From: Azolla caroliniana
Lineage: Eukaryota > Plantae > Polypodiophyta
Assembly: GCA_043228905.1 (NCBI GenBank)
Contig: JBHGNT010000014.1
Span: 2,108,001 to 2,172,000 of the forward strand
Reading direction: 5' to 3'
DNA: 64,000 nucleotides
Shown here: piece by piece, positions 35,312-47,088 of the stretch
Layout of the letters: each line of letters opens with the position of its first letter
Numbering within the stretch: the stretch's first letter is position 1
Translations under genes and position numbers: made by a program
The notes under the pieces: generated by a model
Database searches by the model: none
Told to the model about the DNA's origin: nothing
Seen by the model: the letters and a program-made list of their open reading frames with translations, nothing else

Positions 35312-36496
35312 GGACTCGTGCGTTAGAGAGGCCTTCTAGCACCGAGGGCCAGAAGCCAACGTCCTTCGTTTTCCGATCTTCGTAACCTCCCACCCGGATC
35401 CCGGCCGATGTTGAATAATGGACGGCCTCCACATGGCGCGCCTCCGCTTCTTCCATTACTCGCTTCATCCCGCCACGCCCGAAATTCGTCTCCACCTCTC
35501 TCTGAGTATCACCAGCATGCACCCGTCCGTTCCATAGGTACACCATATTACCCTTGAGGGCTTCGGCAAACTCCACGCAGTCTCGTCGGCCGTGTCCGAC
35601 CGCGTTGCACCACATATACCGTTGTCCAGCCGGTGGCCTTCGGTCGCATGGCTACCCTCCACTGTCCCTCCAAGACTATGCGATCTGCAAGTCACGCACC
35701 ATTTGTGTCAACTCCTCAAGAGCCGCTCCCCTGGACGGGCCCTTGACCGCTTTGGTCAATGCTGACCCAGAATCAAGCCAATCCCAGGTTTCCTCCTTTC
35801 GCACTGGCAAAGGCTCGTCAAACTTCCTTGCCGGGGTGGGTCCCATCGTTGATGACTTCTCATCGCCCCACTCTCGCTGTTTGTCGAAACGGCTGCAGAC
35901 CCCCTTGACCATGGCCCAATCAGTCGTCAGCCCATCATCAGTCTCCAATAGGAGACCCACCTGGTCTCTATCCCGCACATCCTACGATTTGACGAACAAT
36001 AGGACACGGCTCGTGTCCAGCACGATCTTGTCCAGCGTTGAGAACCGTGCGAAGCGTTCTTCGAACTCTCAGAGGAGCGCTAACGCATTCCTCCCCTTCC
36101 CGGGGGTTTCCACCCACTCCATAAAGTCCTGCTTCGATAACTGAAGCATGTCATCAAGCCCGTACCTTTCGAGGAGTCATGTTTCGAATTCTCCCCAGGT
36201 TTGGCATCCAACATGTACCTCGAGCACCTTTGCGTGGATGCCTAGTGTTGCGACCTGGGGGAACCCGGCTAGACGCCTATCCTCTGGAATGTCCTTCATC
36301 ACCATCTCGGCTCGGTAGGCCACCAAGTAGCTCGTAGTGTCCTTCCCACCGAATCGGCCTATCGTGCCAACAATTAATTCAATGGCCCTGTCGAGGGCGC
36401 TCGTGGCCTCGCGAGCACTTACTATCCGATCAACTGGCGCTGTCATGGCTTCGGCGAGCTTTGACCCCCTCATCTTCGACTCCTCTGCCACCTGTT

Positions 36497-36513
36497 TCAC
36501 GTCGGGTTCACCA
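36497..36513 (-). promoter_or_regulatory. Primer-binding site complementary to tRNA-Trp 3' end
   Basis: Minus strand TGGTGAACCCGACGTGA immediately inside the 5' LTR; matches the recalled plant cytosolic tRNA-Trp end CACGTCGGGTTCACCA. Confidence 0.75.
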
Positions 36514-36517
36514 AAGA

Positions 36518-37143
36518 TGTCGCGTTATTACACGTGCGCGTGCGAAATAAGGCAGGACCGCGGGGACCCTGAATCGAGGAGCAAGAGAGACAAGAGGAAG
36601 TGAGAAGCGTGACGGTGTGAGGTCCGCTAAACCTATCAGCAACCGGCAACACTTGTCGGCTGATTGAACCAGCAACGCGTATAACGACTTAATCAAGGAG
36701 CACACTCGGGAGAGATGAAACAAGAGACTCTCTGAACATAGACAACACGGATAATACATATAGGCAGAAACAAGAAATTTTGTTACAATAACAGAGGTAA
36801 TTACAACGGTTGCAACCCTACAGAGAATGATGATAGAGGAAGAGAGAGCTCGGTTCCCAATCCGACAGTGCCTCCTCCTTCCCTCCCAAAGCGTGATATC
36901 CCTTCTTCTCTCCTTTCCTTTATAAGTCTCCGAGGATGCCGTTACATCAAACACGTCAACTTAATTCTCTATCCTTTCAGACAGAGATACACATCGATTT
37001 CCTAATTAATAAATGTCTCCTACCTAGTATCTTTACATCAGCCGTCCTATTCCTACAATGAATCAATTCACACACACCCGCGAAAGGGCGGGTTCACGCA
37101 TTTGATTCCTTGATTCATCTTAGGGCTGGTTTTCTTCAGAACA
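36518..37143 (-). repeat. 5' LTR of gypsy D
   Basis: Adjacent to the PBS; matches 29270-29898. Confidence 0.9.
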
Positions 37144-38591
37144 ACGCGAAGCTCACTGTGGTACGACAGGAGGACACTACGCAGGCGATGTTACGGCTCG
37201 TAAAATCTTGCCAGCCAGCCTATGGTGGCCAACTACGCAAAAGGATGCGCATGAATATTGCAAACAATGCGATATGTGTCAACGGATGGGCCAACTCATA
37301 GAGGTCGTGAGGATGCCACATCAACCAGTGTTGCCGTTGGATCCATTCCAGAAATGGGGACTCGATTTCGTGGGGCCGTTTACACCGGTGACAGTTCAGA
37401 CTGGCAATAAATATATACTCGTCGCCGTTTGCACCAAATGGGTGGAAGCGAAAACACTACAAGAAAATACCACGGCAATGACGGCGAAATTTCTTTACCA
37501 AAACATCTGGTGTCATTTTGGCTGCCGTATCGAGCTCATCAGCGACCAAGGAAGCCACTTTCTGAATTCGGTCATTTGGGAGCTGACACAATACTATGCT
37601 GTTGTCCACAAGAAAAGCACGTTGTATTATCTATAGGGGAATGGTTTAGTGGAGTCCACGAACAAAACGTTACAAACCATACTAAAAAAGATTGTCAATG
37701 AGAACAGAACAGACTGGGATACCAAATTACACAGTGCGTTATGGGCGTACTCAACCAGCTATAAGACTAGCATACAATCCACGCCTTTTCAGCTAGCATT
37801 TGGGCTAGAGGCCATAATGCCAGCCAAATTTCAGGTACCCAGTCTAAGTATTCAGGTACGAGACCGGCTATCAAAAGACAAATTCGAACAAATATGGCTA
37901 CAACAACTGCTCGAACTAGGCGAGACACGAGTACGAAGCATGGCCATATGGGAACAAGAGTAGCGTCGGCGTAAAGCATTCGTTGACTGGCATCAAAATG
38001 CGCGTGAAGAAGATTTTGCAGTCAGCAAAGCGGTCTTAGTCTTTCAAACACGGATGGGGGAAATGCCAGGTAAATTAAGATTTCGTTGGATGGGGTCGTA
38101 CTAGATAGTTGGCACAGAAAATGGCACGTTTCAACTAGGCACTCTGGCTGGAGAAGTGTTACGACAAAAGGTGAATGGGTTTCGACTAAAACCCTACCTG
38201 GGACCAGTGCCACCGAACCCGTTCCACGCCGTAAATGACACGGTCGAAGAATCCGCGGATTAATTAAAGGGACCCACCTGTATTATAGTGTAATAGTAAT
38301 ATTGTATGTAACCATTAATAAAAAAAGAGAAGATAGTGACGCTATTAAAAGGACTTGACGCATGCACAAACTTCTAGACCAAGAACATGCGGCACTGCGA
38401 TGGCTCACAGACCAATGAAACCTAGGCCACAAAAAGAAGAAAATAGAAGGTTTTCTACACAATACAGAAACCAATCTTCAGCCTTTAGCCCTCCTCGCTC
38501 TCCTCACTCACCTTGCTCCCCATCATACCATAGAGCCCACGTCCGCCATAGCCAGCAAACCTCAACCACTAACCACGAGTCTCACCCTCCT

Positions 38592-41148
38592 ATGATGCCG
38601 ATCACTATTTCTGCCGCCTTACGCAGATGGCTCCTCGAAAAACGACTAGATGGATACATCAAAGTCGCCAAGGCATTTGCTTGCCCTAAAGCTCTGGAAA
38701 TTGCCAGGAAGTTCAATATAGACACGATCACCAACGCTACTTATCATCGCTTGGAGAAAAACATTTCGACATCCCTCCTGCAAAAACCTTGTAGAGATAT
38801 TTCGGGGCATATTCGATGTCTACCAAAGCATACAGGACGAAGGAAATCCCCGACCCCTTCTTTCAAGAAATAGCCAAGTTCTTGCTGGAGGTAGGATGCC
38901 AAATCAGAAGGCAAGCATCATCATTGATACCTTCAAAGGGCACGCGGTCGATTGGGGGTAATTACGGGACCAACTTTACGGGAAGGCCTACACGCATACC
39001 AGGGCGGTAAAAGCTAAGGCCAATCATACAATAGTATCTGACGATATTATTTCCACCCCGAGGTCTGCCCGCACCACAGCCCAGCAAACCCACACCGCTG
39101 CCATGTTCCGCGAAGCGGATGTTAGCGGAGTTGGGTACCACGGAATGGGAAGATGAACCACAATCTTCCCAGCCCAGCACGTGGACAACATAGGGAGAAC
39201 GGACGGCAAGCAAGGAGGAAGCTCTGCATGAGCAGGAAGCCGAGCAACGCCAGGAAAGCCCAAGGCCGAAACGACGTAGGCTGGACAGGAAAGATGGGCA
39301 TAGGCTAGTCAAAGACACAACCACGGACAAGGACACAACCGCGGACACAGACACGGCCGATCATTACGGCCCAGTCGTAGCGTGGCAAAGGCGTACTCAC
39401 GGCTGAAAGAGAAGTCCTAAAGTACCCGAACATCCCGGATACAACCCATGAGTTCGGTGCACTACTATAATTTGGAACAACTTATGAACTCATGGAAATT
39501 TTGGCAACGCAGCAAATTAAGGTATTGCAAAGAATGGCAGAGGAGCACGCAGAACAACAGATGATTGAGCATGTGCTCACACAAACAGCGGAAAGTGAGG
39601 ATGAAGGGCCTCTAGCCAAGGTAGGTAGGCAACGGAATGCGGGGATTCAGCGTATGGGCATTGAACTACCTCCACTGAATGCAGCCTTGGTCGAGGTACA
39701 TCGGGAATTGGCTAAAGTGAGTGTGGGGGCCAAGGATATGGCGAGCAAGAATAAAAACGTGTGGAAAACAGTCAAGTTGACTCAAGCCCAATTACAAAAG
39801 GCCCAAGATTGCATTACGGAGCTCGAACAGAGCATCACTAGGGCACCGCAAAATCCTAAACCAGCAGCGGGCCGCACAACAGGCCATCGTTGCTAAAGAA
39901 AAAAGGGCTACACAGCTTGTGGAGTCCGAGATTGGCCCCCTCCGCTCCGAACTCCACCAATCCTCCGACAGAGAAAAGGACATCCGGGCCAAGGGCCGAA
40001 AGGAAGTAAAGGCACTCGAAGAGAAACTTGAAGTGGAGGCAGCAGCGCACACCCGCACGAAAGAAGAAAACACCAAACTACGGGAGGAAGCCCAAAAGTC
40101 AGAAGTGGCGATCGCAGGACTTTGGGCGTTATTGGATAAGAAGAAAGCGTGGTATGACAAGCAGCTCGTATGAGAATAGGAGGTGAGGCATCAAATCGAA
40201 ATCTGCCTGAACAATGAAATGGGTCGGCTGGAGAAATTATACTTGAAGGAATCTCAGATATGGGCAGGGATGAAGAACCATTGTGAGGAAGCGGTTGCGG
40301 TTAGTAAGCAGGAAATCCAAAACCTCAAGAAAACCCTGGAAAAAGCCCAAAACCACTGCCAAGTAATAACCAACAACGTGCACATACTTCTTCAAACAAA
40401 TCGGGAGAGGTTTACGGCGCAATTACAAGCGGTGCTAGACAAAGGCTGGATGGCGTGGGCAACACAAGCGGCGGAGTTGCGTACCTACCAGGTGGACTGG
40501 GAGAACTGTAGGAAAGAAGGCCTAGGTTTCTACAAACTCAATGAGGAAGGCATTGCGGTAGTACGCAAGGACCTAGCATAGGGATATCGCACCCTAGCAT
40601 ACCAGCACTCTGAGGAACACACGCAGCTACTGGACAATTTCGGCAAAAGTCGAGAGGATATGTTTCACCGAATCATGGAAGCAGGCAGCACGCGGCAAAG
40701 AACGGAGCCCATCGCAATACCAGAAAGTGATACCGCTAAACAGGAGGAACCTCAGCCCAATTCACCGGAGATGGCAACTACGGCAAGTAGCACGCGGCAA
40801 AGAGCGGAGCCCATCATGATATCGGAAGGTGATACCGCCGAACAGGAGGAACCTCAACACAATTCACCAGAGAGGACAACTACGGCCGGCAACACTGAGG
40901 AAGTTAAGGACAGGACAGAGCCTCAGGCTACCGAGAGCCTGCAAACGGAAGAGCCAGCCACAGTAGAACAGAATGAGCCAGCAGAGCTGGGTCTGCCCAC
41001 ACCAGGAGAAGTTGACACTATGGAAAACCCCACCGAGCAAGTACAAAACATGCAACCATGTAACGACGCGCCTACGGGCACTACGTCGTCCTCGGACTGG
41101 TACGTAGGAGTGGAACCAAAGGTCCGGGATATTATGGAGGAAGACTAG
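38592..41148 (+). pseudogene. Extra sense-strand ORF 3' of integrase in gypsy C (coiled-coil, acidic tail), fragmented
   Basis: Consecutive same-strand ORF pieces (38355-38873, 38816-39010, 39492-39896, 39919-40173, 40183-40581, 40660-41148), rich in E/K/Q/A heptads. Confidence 0.6.
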
Positions 41149-41609
41149 AGGGATGGGTCCGGCGTGCCATGGTACTGTCCCATAGGCGTGCCAGGTGTTG
41201 TCCGCCGGAATCATAACCGACGGACAGAAGCGTAGAAATATTATAATATAGTAAAGTGTTAAGAAACGCATGTAACGGTTCATGTGGGAAGCATGAACGA
41301 CTAGAAGGCCTGTGTATATGAAGGGCTGAAATCCTCTGTAAGAAGGAGCATATAATTTTGGAGTATAGAGCGTTTTTCTAATAGAATACTATCTTCTGTG
41401 ATCCATGTGCATATCTATGGTTTTTCTCTGATGCGTTCTTTGTTTCTCTATTGCGTACAGTTAATCGTAAGGGTGTAGGTGTAAGTGCGGATACTAGTGC
41501 ACTTCCATAGGAATTCGGTTGTAGCCATCTCCCTTATACGCTACTAGGATACGAGGGAGTATCCCATTACAACTTACGGTATGACGGTTCTATTCCTTGT
41601 AACACTAGA

Positions 41610-42624
41610 ACAATTCAGTCGACTCCAGCGGCACAGGCTGAGTAGGCAACAAGCAGGAGTGTAGAATCACAAGACCAGAGAGGTTCCCATCTGATTACCC
41701 AATGGCAACATGATCACCCTGCACCAAGTCAGACACGTACCCAATCTCAAAAGGGGTCTGGTCTCCATCGGCATGTTAGCCGAAGACGGGTACCGAACGA
41801 CTCTAAGTGAGTCAATATGGATGATCAGCCGGGGAAATCTCAGAATTGGTAGTGCACACAAGTACAATAACTTGTACCAGAAGGGGTCGTAAACGTAGCC
41901 GAAAAGACGGACCCAAACTTATGGCAGGGCCGACTCGGCCATATGTCTGAAGCCGGACTCGGTCGACTGATGACGGTCTACTACATCCCTAAACTCCAAG
42001 CAAAGATGGACTTCTACGAGCATTGTCGATACGGGAAACAGATCCAACGTCCGCACTCTCTCCACTCTGAGACGGTACGACAACCCAAGAGCTCGTGCAC
42101 ATAGATATATGTGGGCCCATGCCAGAACAATCACTAGGAGGCTCCTGATACTTCATCACCTTTGTAGATGACTGTACACGAAAGTTCTAGGCCTACTCGA
42201 TCAGGTCCAAAGACGAAGCACTCGAGGTCTTCATTCGGTAGACATCTGAAGTGGAGAACCGGTCAGGATAAAGAGTGAAGACACTCTGATCCGACAGCGG
42301 AGGTGAATATACCTCCAGAGCCTTCAAGCAGTACCTCTCCAACAAAGGAAACCGACATCAAAAGATTGTTCCTTACACACCCATGCAGAATGGAGTGGCA
42401 GAACGGATCAACTAAACAATCCAGGAGAGGGTGATGGCAAAGCTCCAACAAACTGGACTGAAGGTGGAGTTCTAGGCTGAGGAATTGAAGACGGTAGTAT
42501 ACTTAATAAATCTATCACCCGTCGAAAGCAGTCAGGCTCGAAGTGCCACAGGCACTATGGTCAAGCAAACACCCGACCTACGATAGGCTCCGTGTATTCG
42601 GATGCGAAGCCTACGTGTTCATCC
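41610..42624 (+). mobile_element. Copia protease-integrase fragment, same family as 42625-46365
   Basis: LHQVRHVPNLKRGLVSIGML; nucleotide similarity to 44060-44700. Confidence 0.8.
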
Positions 42625-42740
42625 TATTGGCATAAAAGGCCGACTCCTTCCAACTTGTATCCGTCCAAGTTTGAACTTGTCCACATAGTTAGGGCTTAGT
42701 ATATAAGCAAGAACCTAACGTTATAAGCAAGGTTAAGTCT

Positions 42741-42775
<35 letters not shown>

Positions 42776-45700
42776 CAATAAAGCTTTCCATTAAAGCTCA
42801 TTTCTGTGTAAGTCTCTGCATTCCTCCCTTTCTGTGTTGTTTTCGAGTGACCAAAAAAGTTTTCATACGCACACACCTACCAACTTTCCGAAATTGGTAT
42901 CGGAGCGATCTTGTTGTTCGGTGGAAATAGACAACATACGAAGCTCAAAAGTAAAAGACGAGGTCAGTAAAAATCTCACTTTTCATAGAAGAATATGGCT
43001 TCAACATGCGGAACAAGAGTTGAAATCAGAAAGTTCAATGGCAAAAACTTTGCACTTTGGAAGGAGATGATGCAAGATGTCTTGATCATCAGAAGACAAG
43101 TCAAAGTTATTCGACACAGCAAAAAACCTGCTTCAATGACAGCCGAAGAGTGGAAATTGATGGATGAAATTGCACGCTCCACCATCCGAATGCATCTGGC
43201 CGAAAACGTATACTTCGGCATGGCAAAAGAGACGACAGTGTTCTCACTATGGGAAAAGTTACAAGCCATGTACGCGAACAAGTCCTCATCTTCAAAACAG
43301 ATTTTGATCAAACAACTTTTCAACATCAAGATGAGAGAAACCGATCCGGCTACCTCCCACCTCAACACCTTGAGCTAGGTATTGTCAGAACTCTCCTAAC
43401 AATGGATCAACTTCGAAGAAGAAGTGAAAGCCCTTGCCTTCTTATTGAACTTTCCGGCAAGTTGGGACGTATTCTGCACGACATACGCCAATAGTCGACC
43501 GATCCTAAATTTGTATGAGACGATCGGCCAAGTCCTCACTGAGGAGAGAAAATCGATGGGACTTACCATTGATGAATTGGTAGAAGCCCATCACTCGACC
43601 GAGTCATTTGATCAACAGAGTCGTACGAGAGAACAAGCCGACAGAACCAATCGGAATACCAACCGATCAAAAACGAGGGGATACCAACGGTCAAAGTCGA
43701 GAACTGGCCGATCAGGCGAATTCTGCACACACCGTAGAAAAGTTGGCCACAATGTTTCTGACTATTGGTCAATCAAGAGGAAAGAGAGTGGTCGGAGATC
43801 CGAGCGGAATCGAGGACGACCTGACTCAGACCACTCTCCAGTCGGCAACCAAATCAACATTGCCGACTCCCGATCAAGAGAAGTTCTCTCCTTAGAGGAT
43901 TCAGTTATCAAAGAAGTCCTCTACAGTGCACAGGATGCACACACGCGGCTACTGGATTTCGGTGCCACATTCCATGTGACCCCAACATTGAATGGTTTTC
44001 GGACTATTCAACCGACGCCAGCGGCATAGTCCGTCTAGGGAACGGGTAGGAGTGCAAAATTGCAGGGACCAGAGAGGTTTCAATCCGATTGCAAAATGGC
44101 AACACAATAACCCTACACCGAGTTCGGCATGTACTTGATCTGAAAAGGAGTTTGGTCTCCATGGGCATGCTAGCCGAAGACGGGTACAAAACGACTCTAA
44201 CTGAGTTAGTATGGATGATCAACTAAGGAACCCTAAAGATAGGAGGTGGGCACACGTACAACAACTTGTAACCATTAATGGCGATCAATCCAAAAGGGGC
44301 CGTGAACTTAGCCGAAAAGACTGACCCAAAAATATGGCATGGCCGACTCAGTCACATGTCTCAAGCTGAACTTGATCGGCAAATGGCGGTAGGCTACATC
44401 CCGAAACTCCAAGCAAAGATAGACTTCTGTGAGCACTGTCGATATGGGAAACAAACCCGAAGTCCGCACACTCTTCACTACGGGACGTTACGATAGCCCC
44501 TAGAGCTCATGCACACAGATATATGTGGGCCCATGCCAGAGCTATCACTTGGAGGCTCCTGATACTTCACCACCTTTGTAGATGACTGTACATGGAAGGT
44601 ATGGGCCTACTCGATCAGGTCCAAAGACGAAGCACTCGAGGTCTTCACTCGGTGGATATCTGAAGTGGAGAACCGATTGGGACACAGAGTGAAGACACCT
44701 CATAAAGTCACCTCGTATGTTGACTGAAGAAAAGACTCTATGGCTTGAAACAAGCGCCAAGGATGTGGTACCAGAAGTTTGACTCCTACATCAAGCAACT
44801 TGGATACCGCCGATCCGACTCCGACCCATGCATGTATATTCGGCAACTAGCCGACCAATCTAGGATTTATATGATCCTATATGTCGACGACATGCTGATT
44901 GTAGGAAGCAATCAAGCAGAGATCAAAGAGCTTAATCAGAGCCTTCACGACAAGTTCGCGATGAAGAAACTCGGACAAGCCTGTCACATACTAGGCATGA
45001 GGATTGAGCAAAATCAAACAACCAAGACTCTCTGACTCTCCCAATGCGACTATGTCCTGAAGGTGTTGAGGTGCTTCAACATGCAAAATGCGAAGCCAAC
45101 ACCAACACCGCTTTTGACGTCGATACAAATATTAGACAGAGACTCTCCTTCAACAGACAAGGAGAGAGAGCTTAATGGAAAGATGCCCTACGCATCATCC
45201 ATAGGAAGTATCATGTACGCAATGTTGGTGACCCGACCTGACCTAGCCTATGCCATAAGAGTGGTTAGCCGGTACATATCAAACCAAGGATGGAAGCATT
45301 GGGAGTCCGTCAAGCACATCTTCAAGTACCTGAGAGGGACCGAAGATACAGAGTTGACTTTCGGTTTGACAACCTCAACCAAAGTCGAAGGCTACACTGA
45401 CTCTAACTATGCTGGAAATACGGACAATCAGAAGTCAACATTAGGCTATATTTTCACCTATCGTGATAGTGTGATATCATGGAGATCGAAGCTTCAAGAG
45501 TGCACGACCATGTCAACCAAAGAGGCCGAGTACATAGCAGCATCAGAGGCAGCGAAGGAAGCAATCTCGCTACACCGATTTTTTGCCGATTTTTCAGCTA
45601 CAAGCCGAATCAACCGACCAACACCAACCATCTATTGCGACTCATAGAGCGCAATACACCTCATCAACAATCTTGTCTATCACGCAAAGACAAAGTATAT

Positions 45701-46365
45701 TAAGGTGCGGTATCATCAGATCTAGGAGCTCATAATCGAGAAGAGGCTCAAATTCTAGAAGATTGACACCAAGGTGAACATCGTTGATTGCCTGACGAAG
45801 CCACTCCCAGATCAACACTTTGGAGAACTAAGGACAAACAAGGGACTACGACAAGCGACCGAGCAAAAGAAAGCCGAACGAGGAGCAAAAGATAAGAGTC
45901 GACCGAATGAATCATGATAATGAGCCATGCTAGGCTCGACACGGACCTCACCTATGCCGACTCGACTATATACTGACCTACTTGTAACATAAATTTAGGT
46001 TAGTGTTGTAACCTAGGTTTATGGGGGAGACAACCCCAAACACATGAACATGTAGGAAAGAGTAGTCCTTTTATGAGGGAGTTTGTTGGCAAAAAAGCCC
46101 GACTCCTTCCACTTTGTATCCTAGTGTGAACTCGTCCATATAGTTAGGGCTTAGTATATAAGCAATAACCTAACATTGTAAAGGAGAATTTCTTAACATC
46201 CTGTACATCGAGTCTTTGAGAGAGCAAGAGAGAGAAAATAGAAATAAAGAAAGCTTTAGGTGTATGTGTCTGTTATCAGTCTATATCTTCTTCCCTTCCC
46301 TCTGTGTTGTTTGTTGAGCACAACAGACAGGTCTTCGCATACGTTTCTGTGCATATCTGTCCTTC
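42625..46365 (+). mobile_element. Degraded copia element with internal deletion
   Basis: LTR-like 42625-~42890 and 46084-~46365 share ttggca.aaaa.gccgactccttcca. PBS tggtatcggagc near 42895, gag KFNGKNFALWK, jump from integrase to RT near 44700, LYVDDML, EAEYIAA and PPT gagggag. Confidence 0.8.
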
Positions 46366-47088
46366 AGGGTTAACACGGCCTACCCTCAGTCTTTCGAGGT
46401 ATGGCTCAAGAAGATTATGGTATAGGGGATGGAGAGCGTAAAAGGCCTAGGCCGGTTAACCATGCCTAATTTTTATGTCACGGGGTATAAGCAAGGGAAG
46501 AAGTGTTGTATAGGAGACGGCTACAACGAAGCTCTTTTGCATTGTGTGTCGCTCTTTACATAGGCACGCTTAATTACCACACACACATATACATAAAATT
46601 AGAATAGACACACAGTTTCAAAAAGATAGCATGACTATATTCCAAATCACAAAAACAACTCTACTAACTCTTTACAAGGTTCCTATGCCCTTTATATACA
46701 GGGCATGGACAGTTACTCTCAGTGTTTGAACCGTTACATATCGTTTACACTTCCTAAAGCTTCCACCATTACTATGTTACGCTTATCCATTAGTCCGACC
46801 TCGTCCTTCATCTCGTTTCCCACTAGTCCGATTTCGGCGAACAACACCTCGCACGCTTGTGGGACAATGCCATAGCAAGTCGAACCCCTCCTCCTTGATT
46901 ACTCCTCGTCAAAATATCGAGGATGTTGGGTTCTGGTCGGTCCTCGTTGTTCGTTGTGATGGTTGCTGTCGTAGCATGGTTGGGCTCGGAATTCTCCAGC
47001 TCAAGCTATGGTCCCCGTGTCGTGTCCTCTGCAGCTTGTGCCTCTCCCTGCTGTTGGTCGGTCGTCGAATCCTCCCGTAGTGACTCCG

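Larger units (their letters stand above)
29270..37143 (-). mobile_element. Nested full-length Ty3/gypsy element D with 4-bp TSD ACGC
   Basis: LTRs at 36518-37143 and 29270-29898 (plus partial 30062-30123). Contains gag with a WCNAVGHGRRDC knuckle, degenerate protease, RT PFLDDIPIKG, RNase H and integrase. PPT gggggtgga at about 30124-30132; acgc flanks both ends. Confidence 0.9.
28570..41603 (+). mobile_element. Ty3/gypsy element C (host), 5'-truncated: RNase H, integrase, extra 3' ORF and probable 3' LTR
   Basis: FHVFVDASDIAIG RNase H (28479-29180). Integrase VLREAHCG..GH is split by element D and resumes at 37144 with FQKWGLDFVGP and ISDQGSHF. LTR-like region at about 41156-41603 ends tgtaaca. 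Confidence 0.8.

Noticed and set aside
46370-47088. Possible solo LTR
   Set aside because: It has LTR-like composition and a TATA motif, but no termini, TSD or second copy could be established.
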